The notes under the pieces: model-generated
What the model saw: the letters and a program-made list of their open reading frames with translations, nothing else
What the model was told of the DNA's origin: nothing
Databases searched by the model: none
Program-made: the position numbers and the translations under genes
Origin: Candidatus Thorarchaeota archaeon
GTDB lineage: Archaea; Asgardarchaeota; Thorarchaeia; Thorarchaeales; Thorarchaeaceae
Reading direction: 5' to 3'
DNA length: 32,000 nucleotides
Assembly (NCBI GenBank): GCA_008080745.1
Contig: SHMX01000012.1
Location: 1 to 32,000 of the forward strand
Part shown: piece after piece, positions 7,551-15,135 of the stretch
How the letters are laid out: every line of letters starts with the position of its first letter
How positions within the stretch are numbered: the stretch's first letter is position 1

Positions 7551-8438
7551 ATGGAACTTACTGTAGTCGGTCATATCTACAGAGACCTCAGGGTCACTAA
7601 AAAGGGAGTAAAGGAGACTATAGGAGGTGCTCCAGCTTATGCCTTGTCTGGACCGACCCTTGAAGCAAATGGTACATCAATAGTTTCCTGTATTGGTGCC
7701 GACTTTCCAGAATCAACTTTGAGTAGACTTACTCAGTCTGGTGTTGATACTTCAGGTCTATATCAAATGGGACCAAAATCGACCACACTAATAACTACAA
7801 TTGATGAAGAAGGAAAGAAAACGAGGTCACTTCAGAGTCTAGCTCCCAAGATTACAAAGGAATTCATTAGTCCACATCATCTTGAATCTACAATTATTTA
7901 CTTCTCACCCGTCTATCGAGAGATTGACAAATCTTGCTTTACTGCAGCTGCATCAACAGAAGCTATCCTTGCATTGGACTTGAAGGGAATTCTATATGAA
8001 GAAGAGAATAATGAGATACAAATTGCCTCGTGTAAAGACCTCGATTTTTACCTAGGATATATCAATGTGTTATTGTTAGATGAGATCGAGCTTTCTCTGA
8101 TTACAGAAAAAGTCACTGAACAGGATTCAGTGGACGAGGTTCTAAGAAGAGGTCCTTTTATTGTGATTCTACTAAAAGGAGAGGTTGGTTCATCCATCTA
8201 CACCCATCATGGAAAAGAAGATATTCCCTATGTCATACCATCACGATTTCGTGATGATGCTGGATTTGTACAGATGTATATGATGGGATTTCTACTAGAA
8301 TTCCTCAGAACAGGAGGAAACATCTCATCATCAGGGCATTTTGGTGCAGTCTGCGCATCGGCAAGTATGGAGTCATTTGGCCCAGGATCACTAATCTCTC
8401 GCTATCAAGTAGAACGAAGGTTACGAACACTCTACTAA
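7551..8438 (+). CDS. PfkB/ribokinase-fold protein with a degenerate catalytic motif
   Basis: VVGHIYRD, IGGAPAY, IGADF and LKGEVGS motifs; DxxGAGD replaced by DDAGFVQ. Confidence 0.8.
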   Translation: MELTVVGHIYRDLRVTKKGVKETIGGAPAYALSGPTLEANGTSIVSCIGADFPESTLSRLTQSGVDTSGLYQMGPKSTTLITTIDEEGKKTRSLQSLAPKITKEFISPHHLESTIIYFSPVYREIDKSCFTAAASTEAILALDLKGILYEEENNEIQIASCKDLDFYLGYINVLLLDEIELSLITEKVTEQDSVDEVLRRGPFIVILLKGEVGSSIYTHHGKEDIPYVIPSRFRDDAGFVQMYMMGFLLEFLRTGGNISSSGHFGAVCASASMESFGPGSLISRYQVERRLRTLY

Positions 8439-8470
8439 AAAATAAGGATGAAAGCGCCTGAAACAGGCGC
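8438..8470 (-). terminator. Hairpin GCGCCTG-AAA-CAGGCGC between convergent genes, T-rich tail on the minus strand
   Basis: 7-bp GC-rich stem at 8454-8470. Confidence 0.6.
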
Positions 8471-8479
8471 TCATAAAGA

Positions 8480-9031
8480 CTAGGTTAATTGAGTACCCAT
8501 GACTCTCTGAAGAATCTGACCTAATCCAAGACCCACTAGAAAATAGAAGGACCAGAAATACATACCAAATCCAACAACAGTGGGTTCACCAATAAATCCA
8601 ACCAGAAAGGGTAGTGCTTTTGACACACTGAACGGAATAACAGCTACAACCAGTTGAGTGATTCCATCAGCGGCGGTATACCATCCTCGGAGAAGCGAGA
8701 AGATTAAGACAAATGGAATGAAAAACAGGAGAGATGGTTTGCATCTTTCAGTCATCATTTCTCGTTGAATTCGGTCAATGTAGGCTTTCCTTCGTCGAAC
8801 CTTCCTAAGCAGTTTTTCATTCTGGGTTTTTTCTGCCTTTCTCTGCATTTCTTGATGCTGTTTGATTTCAGCCTGATATCGCTTAAGTCGGCGCATGTCT
8901 GCAAAGCGACGCATGGCCAGATTACTGATAGACGTAACAGTCACAGATACGAGTAATATGAAAACTCCTGACCAGGGAGGTGTTCTGAATATCTCAAACA
9001 TGATGGCAAGGTCAGCCAGAATGTCCTGCAT
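8480..9031 (-). CDS. DUF106 / EMC3-TMCO1 (Oxa1 superfamily) membrane protein
   Basis: TM1, Lys/Gln coiled coil, KPSLLFFIPF, WSFYFL; canonical position after adk. Confidence 0.9.
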   Translation of the reverse strand: MQDILADLAIMFEIFRTPPWSGVFILLVSVTVTSISNLAMRRFADMRRLKRYQAEIKQHQEMQRKAEKTQNEKLLRKVRRRKAYIDRIQREMMTERCKPSLLFFIPFVLIFSLLRGWYTAADGITQLVVAVIPFSVSKALPFLVGFIGEPTVVGFGMYFWSFYFLVGLGLGQILQRVMGTQLT

Positions 9032-9037
9032 TGTTTT

Positions 9038-9628
9038 CTACTCCATTAAGGATTCAGCCAATTGTTTAGCTGCCTCTTCTACTTTGCCCTCGCGGTTCTT
9101 GATTATTCTAACGGTTGCCCCAGTAAGAGTTCCAACTGAAACCGCTGCTGAACGACACATTTTCTGATGTGTATCAATCGCCTCAGCCATTTGAACATCA
9201 CGCGTTCGAGTTTCATCTGAACTTCTTCGGCCTGCAATCTTCTCTGGATCAGCTTCAACAAGTACCACTGTCTTGGGGTTTATAGCCCGAGCTACCCATT
9301 CAGGGAGGCCAATCAGAAATCCATTATTGGTCTGGATAAGTGCATGTGTATCCACAATGACTTTGGAGGTCTTTGCTTTCTCAGCGATAGCCTCTCCAGC
9401 TGCTTGTTGAACTTCTCGTTGTTTGATAATTGGCATCTTTCGCATCTCATCTCGGTCCTTAACATAGCCCTTCTCAGATGCGGTCTCGAACATAGCTGTA
9501 CCAAAATTCAAAACAAGTACTTCCGTATCATGTTCCTTTTTTACAAAATCGATGGCGGTGGTAATCACAGTGGTTTTACCAACACCGGGAATACCCGTTA
9601 CAATCACAATATCCCTTGGTTCTTTCAT
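9038..9628 (-). CDS. adkA: Adenylate kinase, archaeal type
   Basis: VTGIPGVGKTT, NFGTAM, DRDEMRK, DTHA, GLPEWV; ATG 9628 has an AGGTGA SD (track start GTG 9640). Confidence 0.96.
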   Translation of the reverse strand: MKEPRDIVIVTGIPGVGKTTVITTAIDFVKKEHDTEVLVLNFGTAMFETASEKGYVKDRDEMRKMPIIKQREVQQAAGEAIAEKAKTSKVIVDTHALIQTNNGFLIGLPEWVARAINPKTVVLVEADPEKIAGRRSSDETRTRDVQMAEAIDTHQKMCRSAAVSVGTLTGATVRIIKNREGKVEEAAKQLAESLME

Positions 9629-9718
9629 GGAGGGTGTCACCTTTCATCAATACTAATGCGAAAAACACTTGCCCATTTTATAATTCCTTCTGTAAGGGGA
9701 TGCAACAGCTGGCGAAAT

Positions 9719-9998
9719 CTTGGACAAGCTTGGATATATACCAATTGACTCTTTGATATATTGACCTGTATACGGTAGCACCGGCAGCTCGGCCACCGGG
9801 AGTGTGTGCAGATACCATCAGAAGAGGGGGGTATTAGGAATCATGTCTAAGATAAGTATGCCGCCGTGAGTTGCACGGAGGCATAAAACGCCTGTGAAGA
9901 GGAAGTAAGACATCATCAGTCCTCTGTGATCAGTGATGCAGCCTCGATGAAGCAGGAAATAGACAGCAGATGAGGACTCATGTCCACCTTTGTCCAAG
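9719..9998. ncRNA. Candidate structured RNA of unknown class
   Basis: ORF-free region with several nested helices (see findings). Confidence 0.35.
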
Positions 9999-10021
9999 TA
10001 TTGTGCAACGGGATGGATTCT

Positions 10022-10058
10022 GAAAGAAAAGAGAAAGAGTGGGAGAGTAGTCCCACTC
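10022..10058 (-). terminator. secY terminator: GAGTGGGA/TCCCACTC hairpin plus U-tract
   Basis: 8-bp stem at 10037-10058 followed on the minus strand by TTTCTCTTTTCTTT. Confidence 0.75.
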
Positions 10059-10066
10059 GATAAGAC

Positions 10067-11572
10067 TTACAGTATTCCAAGAAGGCCTGAAACGCCTTCT
10101 CCGCCCATTCCAGCTAATTGTTCCTTAGCTAGCTGTTCGTAATACTGCTTGATGATGGAAACCATTAGTAGAATTCCCGTACCACTTGCCAGTGCGCCCA
10201 TAACATCTGCCGCAGCAGCTAATACACCGACTAAGAAACCACCAAGACCAGCGACAATGGGGATGTATCGTTCGAGCAATCGCTCAAGGACCTTTTCGCT
10301 TCTTCTGAAACCAGGTACAATGTAACCAGAACTTAGAAGCTGTCGAGAAACATCTCTTGGTGCAATCCCGGATATATCGACCCAGATTTTACTAAAGCCC
10401 CAACATAGCAGAATCATCATTCCAGAATATATCACGATATGTAGTAATCCATCAGGTTGGGCTAATACATTGAATATTCCTTGCGGGGGAGTAATATATC
10501 GCGCCAATCCAGAAGTTGCAATCATTCTGCTGGACCCCGGATCTTGTTCAAATATCCCAATCCAATTGAGGAAAGGATTGTTACCTAGAGGGTTCCACGA
10601 AGTAAACACAATTTGTCCAAAGAATAGAATGTTTGCAAAGAGTGCCTGAGCCAGAATAACAGGTATGTTTGATGTATAGAGGAGTTTGATAGGATATCGA
10701 GCTTTCATACCTCTATACTTGGCATACTGGAGAGGTATCTCCACACGTACACCTTCCATGTACAGTACACCCATGAAGATGCCAATTGTGATTATCAGTG
10801 ATAAGATACTAGGATTGAAGTTATCACGAATTAGGAACCAGCTCCAGTCAACAACTGGACCCGCATCTGTTCCAATTCCAAAGACTCTGAGAAGGTTGGA
10901 AATTAGAGCAGCAATGATACCTTTTGGAAGATTTGTACCTCCCGTACCGGGGTATCCTTCTGGTGCAGCTGATTCAAGCTCGATGATATTAAGAGAGTTA
11001 TACATGACCTGACCAGCAACATTGGTCATAATGAACAATGAAACACCAGACCCAAGTCCCCATCCCTTCTGGATAAGCTCGTCCATTAAAATGACAATAA
11101 TGCCAGAAATGAATAATTGAACAAATACAAGAACTTGGCGTTCTGGTGTCAGAACTCCATAAGCATTACCAGCTATGTATGCAATAGCCTGAAGTGCGGT
11201 CATAATCATCGCCAGAACTTTCTGACCACCAGTGAATAATGCTCGATCTTCAGGATTACCAAAGTCAACATCAATAATTTTAGACCCTTGTAGGAGCTGC
11301 ATTACAAGTCCTGCAGTGACGATTGGTCCAATTCCTAGCTCCATCAAAGTACCACGTGTACTGGCGAGTATAACTCGCATAGCCCATAGATAGTCTGTTC
11401 CAGCTTGCCTATCCACACCATATAGAGGAATGTGTGACATCAGCAAGAAAACAACCAGCACAATTAGAGTCCAAATTGCCTTTTCTCGGAAAGAAACCTC
11501 TCTATCGGGTGTCTTTACTTCCGGCATGATTCGGACCATTGGTGAGAGTGCTCTCAAGAATATTGAAGTCAT
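10067..11572 (-). CDS. secY: Protein translocase SecY/Sec61alpha
   Basis: GTLMELGIGPIVTAGLVMQLL, KGWGLGSGVSLF, YPIKLLYTSNIPVIL, PGFRRSE, GTGILL. Confidence 0.99.
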   Translation of the reverse strand: MTSIFLRALSPMVRIMPEVKTPDREVSFREKAIWTLIVLVVFLLMSHIPLYGVDRQAGTDYLWAMRVILASTRGTLMELGIGPIVTAGLVMQLLQGSKIIDVDFGNPEDRALFTGGQKVLAMIMTALQAIAYIAGNAYGVLTPERQVLVFVQLFISGIIVILMDELIQKGWGLGSGVSLFIMTNVAGQVMYNSLNIIELESAAPEGYPGTGGTNLPKGIIAALISNLLRVFGIGTDAGPVVDWSWFLIRDNFNPSILSLIITIGIFMGVLYMEGVRVEIPLQYAKYRGMKARYPIKLLYTSNIPVILAQALFANILFFGQIVFTSWNPLGNNPFLNWIGIFEQDPGSSRMIATSGLARYITPPQGIFNVLAQPDGLLHIVIYSGMMILLCWGFSKIWVDISGIAPRDVSRQLLSSGYIVPGFRRSEKVLERLLERYIPIVAGLGGFLVGVLAAAADVMGALASGTGILLMVSIIKQYYEQLAKEQLAGMGGEGVSGLLGIL

Positions 11573-11706
11573 CTCATATGTCTCCTGCAGGTATTTTTGG
11601 CGCTCAGCGTGACTGTACCTTTAAAGATAGTGGTTCTACTAAGATTGTGTAGATACTCGTGAGAAAGATTGGATTCTCTAATGATATCAACAGACTTCGA
11701 ATTATT

Positions 11707-11753
11707 AAAAATAAAAAACAAATGAGAACCGAGTGCTCGGAGGCACTCAGTTT
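11707..11753 (-). terminator. rpl15 terminator: GAGTGC/GCACTC hairpin plus U-tract
   Basis: Stem at 11731-11748 followed on the minus strand by TTTGTTTTTTATTTTT. Confidence 0.7.
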
Positions 11754-11768
11754 CGTGTTCATGTAGGC

Positions 11769-12215
11769 TTATTCAAGTAGTTCTACTGAACCGCCCGCCT
11801 CGGTAATCTTCTCTTCTGCACCACGGCTAATAGATTTGACACCAATTAGGTTAATCTTCTTGGTGATTTGACCACTACCTAATATCTTATCAAAATCTAG
11901 ACGTGTCATATCGACAGTGTAGGTTTTACCCTTCTTTTCAGCAAGCCCCTTTTCAACAAGCTCGTCTATGGTCTCGTCTAGATCGCGAACATTAACGATC
12001 TTGGTCTCTTCTACTAATTGTTGTGGTCGTTTAAATCCGTGCTTTCCAAAATATCGTGGGTCTTCTTGCATGACTTTGATATAATGGTGTTTTTTGGAAC
12101 CGGCCATACCCTTACCACCCCTCTGTCCAGAGGCCCTATGACCAGCACTGAAGCCATATCCAGCGGCACGTCTACCTCTCATTTTGTTAATCTTTTTCGA
12201 TTTTCGTTTTCTCAT
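11769..12215 (-). CDS. rpl15: 50S ribosomal protein uL15
   Basis: GHRASGQRGGKGMAG, YFGKHGF, KILGSG, AEEKITEAGG. Confidence 0.98.
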   Translation of the reverse strand: MRKRKSKKINKMRGRRAAGYGFSAGHRASGQRGGKGMAGSKKHHYIKVMQEDPRYFGKHGFKRPQQLVEETKIVNVRDLDETIDELVEKGLAEKKGKTYTVDMTRLDFDKILGSGQITKKINLIGVKSISRGAEEKITEAGGSVELLE

Positions 12216-12229
12216 CTTGTATCTCTCCT

Positions 12230-12766
12230 CTATGCTTTCTTGAGTCGGACTTCGAGTATTCCGTTTCGTATAGCTGACCTAGCCGCATCCTTCTGGACTT
12301 TTGACGGCAATCTGATTTCTTTGTGATAGGGACGAGAGGGATTATCAACATGTATCGTTAGAGCCTGGCCTTTGATGCGTACTTTAATCTCATCACGCTC
12401 AACACCAGGGAGCTCAGCGACAACGACAATCTCATCTGCTTCCTCTATAACATCCACAAGCGGTTCGAGGGCTGGCCCGCTGGGAATTTCACTTTCATCA
12501 GCAGGAACATTTCCGAACCGTTGAATGATTGGTTTTCCATCGGGACCCATCTGCATTTTTACACCGAACACAAAGGGGTTTGTAGAGGATGGGTCACCCA
12601 TCAAATCCTCCATAACTGAAGGATCAAACATAGTACCATCACCAAAACCAGATAGCATCTGGTCAAGCATAGCTTCTATGTTTCTTAGCATCTCTTCTGG
12701 AAGGAACTCACCGAACCATCGGCGGAGTTTTCTTCTGCGTTCGTCAGCATCATCGTCCCAAGACAT
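12230..12766 (-). CDS. hsp20: Archaeal small heat-shock protein Hsp20
   Basis: PFVFGVKMQMGPDGKPIIQRFGNV; alpha-crystallin domain EPLVDV..AELPGV..NGILEVRL. Confidence 0.95.
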   Translation of the reverse strand: MSWDDDADERRRKLRRWFGEFLPEEMLRNIEAMLDQMLSGFGDGTMFDPSVMEDLMGDPSSTNPFVFGVKMQMGPDGKPIIQRFGNVPADESEIPSGPALEPLVDVIEEADEIVVVAELPGVERDEIKVRIKGQALTIHVDNPSRPYHKEIRLPSKVQKDAARSAIRNGILEVRLKKA

Positions 12767-12775
12767 GGAAACACC

Positions 12776-13258
12776 TCATATCATTCTCTGAGCGAGGTCG
12801 TTTATACCCTCGCCTCTGTATCCTGTTACACCACCCATTCCGATGGGTAGTTTTGTCTTTCCGCGATATCCTTTGCTGGGAGGGGTCAATCTGAAGATAG
12901 GTTTTAGATCCTTAACATCAGATATTTTCGCTTCACCCTTGACTAAGGCTTTTGCAAAGGCCTTGATTGACTTGTAGTCAGAATTCGCCTTGACATATTC
13001 ATCTGTTAGACGACGATTCCCAGGAAGTCTACCACGCTTTGTCAACAGTTGCTCAATAAGTTCAAGGCTGGGTTCACCCCAGGTAATGTAATCCTTGACC
13101 TTTGTTATCATTCCAGACATGCTTTGGTTCATCGTAATTAACCGTGCATGATGGAGTCTGATGAGCAATAGATTATCCAAAGTTGTTTCAATCTGAGGAC
13201 GTACCCGTACTTGACCTCTTACACGAATTGCAAGTATTGTCTTCTCATCATCACTCAT
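12776..13258 (-). CDS. rpl30: 50S ribosomal protein uL30
   Basis: AIRVRG, KVKDYITWGE, FRLTPPSKG, GYRGEGIN. Confidence 0.97.
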   Translation of the reverse strand: MSDDEKTILAIRVRGQVRVRPQIETTLDNLLLIRLHHARLITMNQSMSGMITKVKDYITWGEPSLELIEQLLTKRGRLPGNRRLTDEYVKANSDYKSIKAFAKALVKGEAKISDVKDLKPIFRLTPPSKGYRGKTKLPIGMGGVTGYRGEGINDLAQRMI

Positions 13259-13932
13259 TATTCACCCACTCCTGACATTGACCATTCTTGAGGAGGTAGC
13301 ATCTTGAAAGTCTGCACGAGGGCATCCACAAATGCCTTTCCAAAATTGGAGGAGGTTCGAGACCGTCCCTTTCTGATAGACCAGACATCTTTGATGCCTG
13401 CAATTCTAAGTACTGTCTTACCAACATCAGCTGTGACAAGACCGGTACCCTTTGGGGCGGGTCTCAAGGTAACACTAACTGATCCTGCATGTCCTTGTAC
13501 TTGGAAGGGTAAGCTATGTTCCTCACCACATCTGCATTCCCAAGAACCACAACCACGTCTAAACATGGTAAGATTCAATTTTGCTCTTGTTTCAGCAGAA
13601 CGTATAGCAGGAACGAACTCTGGAGCTTTTCCAATGCCAATACCGATAACACCCTCGCCATTTCCAACTACCACCGTAATACGGAAACTCTTCTGTTGTC
13701 CGCTGTCAGACTGGCGTTGGACCAGGCTTACATCTACAATCTCCTGACGAAGATCAGGGAATAGTACATCAACAATCTCAGATTCACGAATGTTATAGTT
13801 CTCTTCGATAATGGCTTCAAGACTACTAATGTGTCCTTCCTTCACCATGTGACCAAGGTGGGTTTTAGGATCCCAATCATCAAGAGGGTTTCTGTCTTGA
13901 CGTGACCTGCGACGTTTTCTTCTTTTACTCAT
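13258..13932 (-). CDS. rps5: 30S ribosomal protein uS5
   Basis: WDPKTHLG, VQRQSDSGQ, GNGEG, RGCGSWEC, PAPKGTGL. Confidence 0.98.
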   Translation of the reverse strand: MSKRRKRRRSRQDRNPLDDWDPKTHLGHMVKEGHISSLEAIIEENYNIRESEIVDVLFPDLRQEIVDVSLVQRQSDSGQQKSFRITVVVGNGEGVIGIGIGKAPEFVPAIRSAETRAKLNLTMFRRGCGSWECRCGEEHSLPFQVQGHAGSVSVTLRPAPKGTGLVTADVGKTVLRIAGIKDVWSIRKGRSRTSSNFGKAFVDALVQTFKMLPPQEWSMSGVGE

Positions 13933-13945
13933 AATAATTCATCCC

Positions 13946-14683
13946 CTATTTTTTACGCCTTTTGCCCTTTCCTTTAGCAATAAGCTTCTTTGGCTTAGGC
14001 TTTCTGGGCTTTGCACGAGGTGGTTTCTCCTCGAGTTTCTCACGTTTCTTCTTAGTTTTCTCAGGTACGGTCACTTCGACCTTCTTTGGTTTCTTAAGCT
14101 GGGATTTGGTAAGACCCTCCAACTCTTTTTTAACAGACTCAAATTGTTTGGGCAGAGTTGTGATGTTGGTCTTTTTCTTTCCAATCTCAGAGAACATGGT
14201 GGATTCCTTCTCATCCTGCAGATGCTTGAAGGATGATACAATATGCTCACCAACGAGTCTGTCTTCATCTGGGAAGACGCCGTCGCCATGAGGGATATCT
14301 AATCCTGCATCTACTGCACCTTTCAATGCAGCATAAATTTTGGATCCCTTCACTGGAGGGTGAAGTCCAATATCCAGAATGGCATTGTCAACACCGTTTG
14401 CTTTTGCACGTAATCCTGCAAGTAATCCAGTTAGGTATGCAGAAGGTAGATTACAGGTTCCACCCTTCCATCCATATGCTGCTAATTCGCGAGAATCAGC
14501 TGCACTCTTAGTGAAATCACCAATAATCTTAGCGTTCACTATCTGCACTATAACTCTACGATTGGTCTTTCTGACCACTAATCTGGGACGCCTTGAAACA
14601 AGTAGCCGTCGACGACGATAGTAGTTTGTTTTGCCTTCCCGGCGTCTTCTGAACTTAACTCTATAAGTTGGTCCTTGTGCCAT
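13946..14683 (-). CDS. rpl18: 50S ribosomal protein uL18 with Lys/Pro-rich C-terminal extension
   Basis: GPTYRVKFRRRREGKTNY, RLVVRKTN, AYLTG, GLDIPH; start taken as ATG 14683. Confidence 0.97.
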   Translation of the reverse strand: MAQGPTYRVKFRRRREGKTNYYRRRRLLVSRRPRLVVRKTNRRVIVQIVNAKIIGDFTKSAADSRELAAYGWKGGTCNLPSAYLTGLLAGLRAKANGVDNAILDIGLHPPVKGSKIYAALKGAVDAGLDIPHGDGVFPDEDRLVGEHIVSSFKHLQDEKESTMFSEIGKKKTNITTLPKQFESVKKELEGLTKSQLKKPKKVEVTVPEKTKKKREKLEEKPPRAKPRKPKPKKLIAKGKGKRRKK

Positions 14684-14684
14684 T

Positions 14685-15134
14685 TCATTTCGCCTCCAGC
14701 TTTTGCTCCTTAATGTAGGTTCGGAGGTGAGCAGTATTTCTAAACGCATTACCTTTTGCTTTCAAATAGAGCATTCTGTAAACTCTAGGAGTGATAATTC
14801 CTTCACTTCTGAGTTTCTTTAGCTCCTTACGTAAAGGACGTATTTTTCGAATCCATCGGTCCTTACCGCTCAAGACAGATGTTGCTTTGCCTTTCTTAGT
14901 ACCAGGACCTCTCCGCTGCCCTTTCCGCTTCTGCTTTATTACGTGACGGGCTCTTCCACGACTAACGCCCTGTTTCTGTTTTGCTTGAATTGCACCTTCG
15001 TCAATGAGTCGGCGTATATCGTCTTTTGTGATAGCAAGTGAGATCTCATCAATGAAATCAGGATCACACCATACACGGGACATTCCAACTTTGAGAACTT
15101 GTGCAGCTAATCGTTTTTGTGTGGTGAGCTTCAT
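14685..15134 (-). CDS. rpl19e: 50S ribosomal protein eL19
   Basis: QKRLAAQVLKVGMSRVW, RRGPGTKKG, YLKAKG; start ATG 15134. Confidence 0.97.
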   Translation of the reverse strand: MKLTTQKRLAAQVLKVGMSRVWCDPDFIDEISLAITKDDIRRLIDEGAIQAKQKQGVSRGRARHVIKQKRKGQRRGPGTKKGKATSVLSGKDRWIRKIRPLRKELKKLRSEGIITPRVYRMLYLKAKGNAFRNTAHLRTYIKEQKLEAK

Positions 15135-15135
15135 T

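Noticed and set aside
9843-9908. Small ORF MSKISMPP-UGA read through as selenocysteine
   Set aside because: No redox motif or homology; more simply part of the structured region
9905-9925. CUGAUGA (minus strand) as a hammerhead ribozyme core
   Set aside because: No GAAA after the putative stem II
9950-9970. CAGG..AGCAG as SRP RNA helix 8
   Set aside because: The intervening AAAUAGAC cannot form the 3-bp stem and GNRA tetraloop; no clear Alu or helix 6 seen, so SRP is not called
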